Below are positions 45,201 to 56,604 of a stretch of DNA of 64,000 nucleotides, piece after piece. Origin of the DNA: Bilabrum cf. latius (taxonomy: Eukaryota); contig OZ237757.1 in the NCBI GenBank assembly GCA_965178125.1, positions 806,001 through 870,000 of the forward strand, in the 5' to 3' direction. Below the pieces are notes generated by a model. It saw only the letters and a program-made list of their open reading frames with translations, was not told the origin of the DNA and did not search any database. Position numbers and translations under genes: made by a program. Numbering within the stretch: the stretch's first letter is position 1; each line of letters starts with the position of its first letter.

Positions 45201-48200
45201 CGACGACGACGCTCTGGACCGGCTTGTTGCCTCTGGGGAGCTGACGAGGGGGTGGGTGCGCGGGTCCGAGATGGCCGCGGAATCGCAGGGTGACGATGAG
45301 GCGTCTGAGCCTGGGTCGGTTCCTGGGGATGGGGATGGGGATGGTGGGGATGGTGGCACCGCGGATTCGTTAGCGGCGACAGAGAGCTTGGATCAGGACG
45401 GTGAGGGCGAGGTGGATGCGGGTGATGGAGGCATTATCGTCAGGCGGCCCCATCAAGCAGCAGAGGGCCGCACTGCTGGCGCCGGCGCAAGGCAGCCGCA
45501 GGGTCAGGGTCAGGGTCACGGCCGGCCAGCTGCCGAGGCCGAGGCTGCAGCGCTCTTGCTCATTCGCGGGGCGGTGCGGAACATCCTCAGGGCCGGCGCC
45601 GCGCAATCAGTGCAGCTGGAGGAGGACTCTGCCCTGGCCGGTTCCGCTGGGGCGGGCATGGGCATGGGCACGGCACAGTCGGGGTCGGCCAGGGCCAGGG
45701 ACGCAGTGACAGCCGTGGTGCTTCGGACCCACGGTGCGGGCCAGCTGCTGGGCCTGGGCGCGGCGTGGCAGGGGGGGCAGGAGGGGGAGGGCCCTGGCGC
45801 TGCGGGGACGCTCCCCTCCCAGCTGGTGCAGGTGCACCACGGCCGGCCCGGAGCGAGCGGGCGTGACGAGTGGGGCGTGCCGGGGATCCGATCGATGCTG
45901 GGCGGCGGGGAGGAGGAAGTGGACGAGGAAGGAGAGGGGGGAGTGGGTGTGCAGGATGCTTGGACCCCCCTCGCGCACGCTGCCGTGGTGTCTAGCCTAT
46001 CGGGCCGAGGGAGGCACGTGGAGGCTGCCGCGCGCGCCTTGGGGATCGAGGCGGTGGGTGTGCTGGAGAAGGTGCTGGCAGTCGATGGCGCGGCCGGGCT
46101 TGCGCGGGCGGTGGCTGTGGCGAACAGCAAGGGACAGGGGTAGGAACCCTCCGCCCTGAGCTCACTCGTCACACCCAGTGCGCGCGACTGGGACTCGCTC
46201 CTCTCCCAGATCGAGGCGTCCTGGAGATAGGCGGGCAAGGGGGCCGAGGGGGCGCTCGGCATGGCGGGGATGGGCGGGGGCGCAAGCGAGGCTGTCGCGC
46301 CCAACGGTGACATCCCGGGCGCAACCACGCAGTAGAAGAAGATCAGGACCACGAGGAGCAAGGACGGCAAGCGGGGGGGCAACAAGAAGACGACCGCGGA
46401 AGAGATGGACGCGCCGCTGCCGGAGGCCGTGACGGCTGCCCTGCACGCCCTCTGCTCTCGATCGGCCGACCTGAGCAGGGAGGCGCACCGCCTCGGGGAA
46501 CAACAGAGGGGTGGTCAAACCGGCGGTAGCAGTGGCGATCCGCTCGCCCTAGCACTGGGTGGTCAAACGCGGGACGGATCCTTGGCCGCCAGTTCCCCGG
46601 AGCTTGAGGCGCTGCTTGACGCCGCCGGGGCCTGCGCCGCCGCGCTCGTCCTGACGGTGCGCACCGCCTTGGACGCGGGCTTTGCTCCCAGGGACGCGGA
46701 CGTGGCCGCCGTGCTGGAGATGGCGGCTGGCAGCGGGGCCGCCCGCCGCGCCCTGGAGTCCTGCGTGAGCCCGGGTGCTCGGGCGGGCACGCTGGCCTTC
46801 CGTGCGCTCCTGCGGGGACTAGGGTGGTGCGCCGACCCGAGTCCTGCTCTGCTGGAGGCGGTCGCGGACACGATGCGCGAGGTGGGTGCGGTGCCGGACC
46901 GGGCGCTCCTGCAGGCCGCCACGCCGCTGTCCCGGAGGCTTCGGTTGGACGCTCGACGAACGTTCGTCAGGGTTGCGGAGGAGGCCGCGGCGGAGGGCCG
47001 GCGGTCGGGTGCGTGGGCGCTCGGGAGCGGCGCGGGCGCGGGCGGCGGGAGCAGCGCTGATGGTGCCCTGGGCGGCGGGTCCCTGCATGACAGTGGTCGC
47101 GGTGGTGCCTTGGAAGACGATGCCCAGCCCTCTGGCGCCGGGGCAGGGGCGGGGGGGCTCTCCTTCCTGGAGGCCTCTGGGCACGCGGACCGCGGGGCTA
47201 GCTCTCTGCAGCAGGCAGTGCTGCCTCTCATGCGGCAATGGGCGCTGGAGAGGCAGCGGTGTCTGGCCGTGGCGGCGCACTGCCTGTCGGGGCAGGAGGC
47301 GGAGGGGCTGCTGGCCCTCAGGAGGGACGCGGTTGTGGCGGGGATCGCGATCCAGGGGGTGGGCAAAGGCGACGGGGATGCCACCGGCGAGGCTGGTGGG
47401 GGGCGCAGAGGCGCAGCGCGGGGTGAGTTCGGCATGGAACAGGACGATGGTGAAGAAGAAGAAGAAGAGGAGGCGATCGATGCGGCGATGGAGGTGCTGG
47501 CACCCACCTCGGCGGCTGGACAGAGGCCTGGCGCGCGCAAGGCCCTGGCTTATGCCGTGCGCTCTATCCGAAGCGCGGGCGGGTCCCCCGAGACATACAT
47601 CACGAGAGCTGCGCTCCGGGTGGCGGGAGGGCTCGGGCTGCACCTGCTGGGGGCCTCCTGCCCTGCTGACGTGGTGCAGATGGTGGCGGCGGCTTGTCGG
47701 TCGTCCCAGCCAGAGCCCGCCGTGCAGCAGGCCCGGGCTGCCCAGCCTGCTATTGAGAACGGCCTTGATGCTGGTCCTGGTGCTGGTGCTGGTGCTGCGG
47801 TTGGCACTGGGGCTGGGGGTGGTACTGCTGACCCGATGCCACAGTTGACGGCGGGTACCAGCCATAGCACCAGCGGCAGCCGCAGCCGCAGCACCAGTCC
47901 AGGCACGACCACTGACGGTTCCGGAAGGGGCGGGCTCCGTGTGAGCGCCGTGCGACCGCTCGCGTTCGGCAGAGACCACCAGCGGGACGGTGACCGGGGC
48001 CAGGAGAGCGTGCCTCCTCCCGCCACGGCCCCTCCCGCCATGGGTGGCCGGCATAGCGGCACCAGCACCGGCACCGCGCACCACGACGCCTCGCCAGCTG
48101 GGCACGGGCACAGCAGGCGCAGAGCTCCCGAGGAGGGGGAGCCCCCCTCTCTGGTCAGGGAACAAGGGGCGGCAGCCGCCTCGATGGCGCCTGCCGCAGC

Positions 48201-51200
48201 TGGCACATCGTCCTACTCTGGCTCCGCAGGGTCACCCATGTCCTCGTCATCCTAGTTCACCCCGTATGTGGTGGGCAGCTCGATCACGTTGCCTGGTATG
48301 AGCGTTCCTGCGGGCAGTGGGTAGGGCACCAGCGGTGCAGATGCCAAAGCAGGCGATTATTAGAGCGAGAGCGGTGCAGACGGGCGCGCAGACCCCGCCC
48401 CCGGACCTCGAGACCTTGGTCCCGCAGTGAGCGACGACGAGGCGGCCCACAAGGAGTCGCCCTAGCACGAGCAGGAGCAGGAGCAGGAGCAGGGGCAATC
48501 GAGGCACGGCGAGGAGCAGGAAGATGTGGACGCGCAGTTCCGCAGGGAGAACGCAGCCCGCCTCAGGGAGCTGCAGGCAGAGCTGCTCGGGGAGGAGTAG
48601 CAGGCGCCAAACGCCCAGAGGGTTGTATTGGGGGATGCGGGGGCTGGCGCTAGCGCCAGTGCTGCAGGGGGCCAGCTGGGACCGTCGAATGCGGCGAGGC
48701 ACGGCCCGGGCCATCCGGCCCCGTGGTCTCCCTCGTCACACGGCGCTGCTCGGAGCGGCCTCTACGACGACCTGCCCATGGGTTTCTCGTCCTTTAACGG
48801 CTCCGAGTCCGTCATGGGTGCCCCGGGGGACAGCGGGGGCAGCGCCGCCTCTGCAGGTCTCGAGGGTGGCAGATTGCCCACAGACCCGGCTGACGTGGCC
48901 AACCAGCTCGGTCCACACCGGAAGCCGTTTGCTGTGGTGACCCGCCGCCCCAGCGAGTTGCCCCGCCAGATCCGTGAGGCGGCCAGGGCAGGCCAAGAGT
49001 GGGCAAAGTCGAGGCACGATGGCACAGGAAGGTCCTCTGGGCATCAGGAACAACAACAGCAGCAGTAGGAAGCACCGCCCCCGCCCCCACCCTCCTCCTC
49101 TCGACCCCAGCCATCCACTGCTGGCGAGGCCTTGACGGCATCCACATCCACATCCGGATCTACACCTAAACCTACACCTGCACCCACATCATCCACGAGG
49201 CCAAGCACAGGGCGGAAGAGGAAGCTGCTGCCCGAGGCGGACCCTGCCATGGGGGAACCCCTGGATCCGGAGGGGTTCCCGCTGGGGGCCCCCCGGGAGG
49301 CCGCCCCGCGAGAGGAAGACGTGGCCAAAGTGGCGCCCTCCGCCCTGGGGCGGTGGCTCCGTGGATCTCTCGAGTCCCAGGTCCGCCAGGCGGCCAAAGA
49401 GGCGGCCGAGGAGGCAGACCAGATCAGGAAGGGGGCAGAGGACACGGCCAGGAGGGTGACCCCGGCGATGCTGGGGGAGGCGGTCGGGGGAGGCGCGGGG
49501 GCGGGTGCGGGTGCACTGCACGGAGGTGCTGGCGGGGTTGGGCCTCGCCCCAGCCTCGAGCCCGGGCTGGCGGAGATGTTCCGCTAGACTGCCGCGGCGC
49601 CTGGTTTCGTCCCGCTGCCTCTCACCAGGACGGCCGGCCGCGACGTGTGGGGCTCCCACGGTGCCATCGCGCGCACTGCCGCGGACCTGAGGGCGCAGGC
49701 ATCGGCATAGGCGGAGGCGGCGGCTGCTGGGTCGGACGAGTCGAGACCTGGGGGCGTTGCCGCCGGGCGTGACGGATCACAGGGTATCTGGGGAACAACG
49801 GGATCTCATGGAGAGATGCAAGGTGGCGGGAGTTACTCCGATGCAGGCACACCTGCACAGGAGCCGGGACAGTGGCGGCACACGGAGGGGGGGGGGGGCG
49901 CCTCTGGCCGGCGGTGGCCGCGTGATGATGGGCAGCGCCGGGGTGATCCACCTCCCGGATGCGGCAGGCATCGACCGCGCCGCCGCCCAGATCGCGGCAA
50001 GGCTGGGGCCCTCCAGGAACGAGGACGAGGTGTTTGCCGCGATCCTGGGTGACCTGGCCAAAGCGGCGGGCAGGCAGCCCCCGAGGCCCGACCTGCCCGC
50101 GCCTCCGATGGCTCGGCCTGCCGATCCCGATCCAGCGCACCCGATGGCAGAAGGCAACGCGAGGCCGAGCCCGGGCGCTGGCTCGGGGCCAGTGGCCAGG
50201 ACCCCTGCCTCCTTGGCACTGGAGGAGGAGGTGCGTCGCATGGCGGGGCGCGCGGTGGGCGTCCGCGCCGAGTGCGAGACGCTCGAAGGGATGCTGTCGT
50301 CGGCGGCGGCTGACCTGGTGCGGGAAGAGAGCGCGCTGAGCGAGGCTCTGAGCAGACTGACGGACCTGCGCGTGATGGCGAGCGTGCTGGGGCTGCAGGG
50401 AGGTGCCAGTGGGGGAGAGGGGCACCTGCTGGACGAGGACGAGCACGATATGGACATGTAGGACGACTACCCTGATGCCATGGGACTGGCACGGCAGCTG
50501 GGCCGGCGCTGGGGAGGGGGCGCGAGTGGCAGCACCCAGCTGGCCCTTGCTTCCGACGTGTTCTCCAGGCGGCTGGAGGAGCTTGGCGTGGGGGAACAGC
50601 GGCGGGCGGCGGCGGCTGGAGCCGTGCTGCAGCAGGGGCTGCGGCAGCTGCTTCTGGAGCTGCAGGAGCAGGAGATGTCCATGGCCGCTTGGATGCAGGG
50701 GGCGAGGGCGGGCAGCGGCGAGGGCGGGGCCAGGCACCGAGACGGTGCCGCAGAGGTGCTGTCCGCTGCTGGCAGGGCGGGGACTTTGCACGCGGATCGA
50801 GAGCGCCGGCGAGAGGCGGCGCTCCAGCGGGCACAGAGGTCGCTGGGCGCTGACCTGGCGGGTGAGCTGCGAGAGCTTCTGGGTGGCATGGGCGGGGGCG
50901 GGGGCGACGGCGGCATGGGTATCGCGCCGGGGTCTGACTTGGATCTATTCGAGAGCGACAGCCTTGATGGCGATGGGGACGGGGACGGGGTTCGTGATGG
51001 TGATCGTGATGCAGGTGGCGGTCAATCGCAAGGGGGCGGGTCCTATGCCAGCGCCGCGCTTAGGACGTACGGGTCCTTTTTCGAGGGTGCGGGTGCGGGC
51101 GTGGGCGTGGGCAGGGGGGGCAAGTCACCCTCCCCGCCTCCCCCGGGGGGTGACCCCACTTCCCCCCTGGGAATGCGGGGTCCATCGTGGCAGCCTTCCG

Positions 51201-53923
51201 TCCTTCTGGACTCCACGCGGGGACCGGGGCGCTCGCAGGGCAGCAGGAGTGGAGGCGATCCCAACGGATCTGTGCCGAAGCAGCGTGCGGGCGCCGGGAG
51301 GGGCAATGGTGGAGAAGAGGAAGGCGGGGCGCAGTGGGCGGCCCGGGTGCACGAGGGGTACAGCGCCACCCTGCGCGTGCTGCAGACCAAGGAGCGGGAG
51401 GTGCAGGGGCGACTGAGCGGCGCCAGGGAACAAATAGAGGCGCTGGAGGCCCAGAGGTTCAGGGATCTCGAGACCGTGCGCCGCAATGCGCTGCAGCTGG
51501 TGGCCTCGACCGCCCGCGGTGCCGCGACGGCGGGCTCGCCCCTGGTTCCGCACAGAGGCGGCAGGAAGATCCAGGGGGCCCATCGGTCCCACCCTTTTTG
51601 GGGCCTGGGCCTGCTCTCGCTCGCGAACGGGAGGCTGGCGGGGGCGGCCATGGCTGCTGCGGCTGCGGGAGCCATCGCTCCCCTCACCCCGCGGTATGCG
51701 GGGCTGTCGCACGGCAGGTGGGGACAGGGACAGGGACAGGGACATTCGTGGCCAAAGGAACCGGAGATGGAGGGAGAGGGAGAGGGAGGGGGGGGTCTGC
51801 GGCCCGCGGGGCAGGGCGTGGTGGGGTCTGCCGCGCTCCTCGGGGTGCAGCTGAGCGAGGCCCGGGCGAGGGCCAGGGAACACATGGACGCGCAGCTGAA
51901 GTCCGCCGAGTCGGCAGCTGCGCTCGCAGGGCGGAGGGCGGAGGCACTTCGGCTGCGGGTGGGCGAAATGCGCCAAATGCTGGGCACTTGGCGGAGGGAG
52001 CTGGAGCGGGCGGAGCAGGGGCTCAGGGAACAAGAAGAGGGCCGCATATCCGCCGAGAAGCAGGCGGGCGAGCTGGCGGAGGCGCTGCGGGCCCACGTAC
52101 AGGCGGGCGCCAGGACCAGGGAACAAGCCGAGCGGCGCGTGCGCTCCCTGGAGACGGCTCTGGAGGGCCTGCGGGACCAGACGAGGACCGACACGGTGCG
52201 CCGGCTGGAGGCCAGACTCAGGGACGCGCGGGCCCGGGGCAAGCTGCGGGGGGCCAGCGACGGGAGGACCGACCTGGAGGCGGCGCAGGCGGAGTGTGGC
52301 GCGGGGGTGCGGGAGGCGCAGGCGCACGAGGTGCAGAGGGTGAGGGGGGCCCGGGACGGCGTAGAGTCGGAGATGAGGCAGCACCTGGAGCCCGCGCTGA
52401 GGGCGGAGAGGGCGGAGGTGGAGGCCGCGGCGGGGCGGCGCGTGGCGCTCGAGGCGAGGCTGCAGGCGGCCCGCGGGTTGTTGTCCAGGGAACAAGCCGG
52501 CCTCGCGAGGGAGAGAGGGCTGCTGGTCGAGGCCCGGGGGTGGGAGAGGGCATGGGCAGAGGGCAAGGGCGGTGGCAGGGGGCACCCGCAGCTTGAGCTG
52601 GGGGGCCCATCGGGAGCCTCGGGTGCTGGCGCTGGTGCTGGTGCTGGTGCCGACGGGGGTAGGGAGGCCGGCCGGGACTCGGGTCTGTCTGTGGAGGCCA
52701 CTGCAGTCCCTTCGAGTCCGTCAGCGTCAACGCCGGCCGCCGAGCTGGGGGCCGATCCGCAAGAGGAGGAGGAAGAGGAGGATACAGGTCTGCACAAAGC
52801 GGATGCGGAGGGGTCTGCGCGAGGCCCTGCCGAGTGGCACGCCTCGCTGATGGCGATGGCATCGAGGCTGGCAGGCGAGGGGGGGCGGGGCGAGGGGGGG
52901 CGGGGCGAGGGGGGCAATGAGACTCGCGACACGAACCCTGGCGAAGGTTCGATCGTCGGGGGGAGGAGCGAGCAGCGCGCCAGTGGGGAGTCCTGGGGCG
53001 GGAGCGGGCTGCTGGGCCAGCTGCTGCGTGACTGGATGGACGTTGGCGCAAGCGCGGATGACCTTGCGGATCTGCTGGACGTGGTTGCCCCGGACGGGGC
53101 TGGGACTATCGGCAGCAGCGGCGCCAATGGTAACAAGGAGCACGACGCATCGCTTCCAACCCCTCAAGCAGACAGCGCGCGTGCTCTGGCCGCCCACAGC
53201 CCGTCCAACGGCGGTACATCGTCGCAGCCTTCTCTTGCGGCCAGTGGCAAAGCCAAGGCAGTCAGCGACAGGCTGCTCGGCGAGCCGGGGTGGCCGTTCC
53301 GGGGGCGCCCTGAAGCGCTTCACGCGGCCATCAATGAGCTCAAACGGGAGTTTGCTGAACTGCGGCGCCGAGCACCGGGCCTCGTGGACACCTTGACCGT
53401 GCTGGAGGCAGGCAAGGGGTCAACGAGCGCTGAGGTGCCTATGAACGCGATGGTGCGCGCGGGTGTGGCAGAATCGCTGCTAGAGGAAGTGGTGCCTGGC
53501 GCTGGCGAGGACGAGCACGGGCACGGGGATGTGGGTCGTGCGGGCAGTTTTGCATCCGATGCGGTGGCCCGCCGCCTGGCTGCAGGCTTCGCGACTCCTG
53601 GCAAGCCCGGTGAAGTAGGGGGAATCGACACTGGTACCAAGCAGGACATAAACGCTCGCAGGAGCGGGGGGCCTGCCGGTACAGCCGCGCAGCTCACCCC
53701 CCGCAGGTCTGGCCCACTGCCCCGCGTGGCGGCCCTGGCTGGCTCGTAGACCCTGGATGGAAGGCCGCTCTCGCCGTGGGATGCCGCCCGGCTGCTGGCC
53801 GGTGCGGGAGCCACAACAGGATCGGGATCCGGGTCGGGAGGAATGAACGTTGCGTCCTTTGGACGCCGGCCAAGACAGGACCTGGCCTGGCGACGAGCGC
53901 GGGCTTCGAGATAGCGCAAGTAA
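33217..53923 (+). CDS. Giant (~6,800 aa) protein: RhoGEF(DH)-like domain, PH domain(s), PPR-like repeats, C-terminal coiled coil; intron 33247-33435; apparent 1-nt frameshift at a G12 run (49887-49898)
   Basis: DH-like FEVL/TSQAFLVE*IGLLIDCYLDPL, LLVAPVQRPTRLELL and AEVNLAVD. PH-like LRKGVLDKRIGNLLTRRWAGRYY...LSLRAPSQDDAQEWVLAL. PPR-like TYQALMVAFS..LHEGVAPD, AYTAVLDALGDKG and FAALVEACGRPG..MRAQGVEPD. About 28 in-frame TAGs. Ends in TAA 53921. Confidence 0.75.
33247..33435 (+). other. Putative spliceosomal intron (phase 0)
   Basis: GTGAGC donor and TTTCCTCGCAG acceptor. Removes two in-frame TAAs and yields a DH helix-1-like sequence. Confidence 0.7.
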
Positions 53924-54173
53924 TGGTAGGAGCTGGCGGGAAGCCTTACTTTGAAATGAAAAGCACTCGGATGCATGGACCTTATGTTGTTTACTACGAT
54001 TTATCTATTGGTCTGTGAGTTTGACACTCAGACAAAAGTTGAAGCAGCGCCAATTCATGTGGACCATCATCAAAAAGACACTGAATCCATGAATTGTTCA
54101 CGAGTAGCACAGTGCCCGGGAACCAGGATCCCAGGGTAGTTGACAGGTTGACAGTGTCGACTTAACACTTCAG

Positions 54174-56258
54174 TTACGCATGCAGACCAACGGCATCCCC
54201 AGCACGGATTGCAACATCAACACGCGCAGCCTCACGCACCGCCCACTCATGCACACGCGCAGCCTCGCAAGCCCCCGCCCAGTCCACACCATCCCCGCAC
54301 AGCCCACGCTCCAGCGCGCCCAGCGCAGCATCCAGCAGCCCAGCCCCGGCCCCCTCCCCCAGAGCCACATCCCACAGCCCTATGGCACCCTCCCCTCCAC
54401 CACAGCTCCCCACACTGCCCCCGCACCTCGCCCCCCCCTGTCCCTCCACAAGCACTCTCTGTACCCCATCCACGCTCGCCCGCACGCCCTCCCACACCCG
54501 CGCCGCCTCTTGCTCGCAGACACGGGCCTCCTGCTGGGCCTCTTCCGCTCCCAGCCGGGCAGCCACCAGCTTGTTCCAAGCCCTCTCCTGCATCTCGAAC
54601 TCTTCATCCGCCTCCTACAGCTACCACCTGTACTTTTTGCCTCGCCGCTCATCCTCCTCGTCGTTCCCGCTCATCTCGCAAAGCTTCCTCGATTGAGCCA
54701 AGCACGCCTCCCGAGCCGCCTGCTCCCGGGCATGTGCATCCGCGCCCAGCCCCTCCCGCAGCTCCGACGCCTTCTGCCGCTCATGCATCGCACGGTCGCG
54801 CACACCACGCCACTACTCACGCAGCTTCGACAGACCCGCACGCACCTGACCCACCCACCTGCCCACACACGAGCACACACCCCCGTACCCAGCGGCCCCC
54901 ACCAGCCGCATGCACACATCCACGCAGCTCATGCCCCGCCCCGCAGGCCTGGTCCCATCCGCCCCCATGCCCCACGCGCCGTCCTGCAAGCCCCACAGAC
55001 CCCGCGTCCCATCGCCCAACTAGACCACACCGTCAAGCAGCACACACACGCAGTCCGCGTGCCCGCCCACACAGGCCCCGCACAGAGGGTCGCACAGCAG
55101 CGCGCTGCATCCTTCCAGACCCAGCCGGCTTTTCGTACGCCCGTCCACACCCACCCGCACACGGGCCCGCAAGCCCCCGCCCAGTGCCCCCAGCCGGACC
55201 CGCTTGCCCAGCTCCAGGGGCCTGCCCTCCGCCGCGGCCCGGCCCATGCGGCCTGCATCCCGGCGCGCGGCATGAGCCCTCCTGTGCAGCACCGCGGCCC
55301 GCTGGCGCCAGGAGGAGAAGCCCTCCAGGTCTTCGTTACGTGGCGGCACATCCATGTCGCGGGCCTTGAATTTGATCTGCCTCCGCTGCCGCACAGCCTG
55401 GATGGCCTCTCGCATGCGCTGTCTGCTTTCCAGCGTGCGCAGCGTGGCGCTACAGAATACGGATTGTAAGGAGTCACTTGTGGCGATCGCGGCTGCCAGG
55501 GCATCAGCTGCATCCGGCCCGATCAAGTTGCCATCTACATCGATGATTTGCAACCTGCATCGGCTGTCGGGGCCCAGGCACCGCGCCATGGCCCGCGCCA
55601 TTTCATCGCCGCCGTGAACATTACTGAGCAAGATGTTCTTCATGGATGGGCATTGCTGGATGCTGTTGAGGATGGCGGCGGCACCATCGTCGCCGATCGG
55701 GTTGTTGTCAAGACAAAGTATCTGCAGGCTGGTGCTCGCCCTGATGCCGTTCGCGATGGCAGCTGCTCCCTTGTGCTCGATGCCGCATGCATTAACAAGC
55801 ACCCGCTGCAGAGTGTTGGATTGCTCAATGGCCTTCCCAATAGCCAGAGCCCCGCCCAGGTGCAGCCAGCACATGCTCAAATCTAAGCCTTCGAGGGAGG
55901 GGTGCGCCCCGGCTGCTGCTGAAAGTGCTGCTGCTGCCTTCACGTCCAGATTTCGATTGGAACCAGCCGAGAATGAGAGTAGGCTCGAGCTCGATCGCCG
56001 CAAAGCATCCGCGATCAGGGTGGCACCCTGCGGCGTGCATCGCGTTGTGCCCACGTCCATGTCCACAATTCCTGGAGCAGTGGCAAGCAAGTCGGCAACA
56101 GCCTGAATGGCACGGCTTGAGCTCAAATCGCCAGAAAGTACAATACGCATGGGACCAGCATTTTTCTGAATCCTTCCAAGCTCATCCACGAATGCGTCGA
56201 TTTGATTTTTGTAGCACGGAACGTGTCTCGAGAGGGTATCTGTAGGATACGATGTCAT
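54174..56258 (-). CDS. LRR protein paralog 3, inverted (~694 aa)
   Basis: Reverse-complement near-identical copy. It has the three shared TAGs plus a private TAG at 55020 (TCG in paralogs 1 and 2). Ends in TAA. Confidence 0.83.
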
Positions 56259-56604
56259 TCCGATGCAGTATATTAAAAATGGGAGATGCGAGAAACCTCT
56301 TTAAGAATCAGCACAGTCGATACTTTCACACCTATACCATCTGCCAGGTGTGCTTTCTAAACTCTGGCTGTAATCTTTGCCCTATCTGTCCAAAATGGAT
56401 TCAGCTAGACTAGTGGCGCCGCGCACTCTTGGCGGAACCGGATCCGACGGCTCGACCAGGTACGACAAGAAACAAAACAGTAACTCCCGACAAGAAGGAT
56501 AAGACGTGTATATGTACCGCAACATCTTAAAGCAGGCCTCTATCTGTCCATTGATAATAGTGGACATTCAGGATCAACAGCACAGGCGAGCACTGCCGTG
56601 AGTA

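Noticed and set aside
33885-53136. Long antisense ORFs (e.g. 33885-36272, 42448-45171, 51043-53136) as real genes
   Set aside because: They are shadow ORFs of very GC-rich coding DNA, Pro/Ser/Arg-rich and without recognisable motifs.
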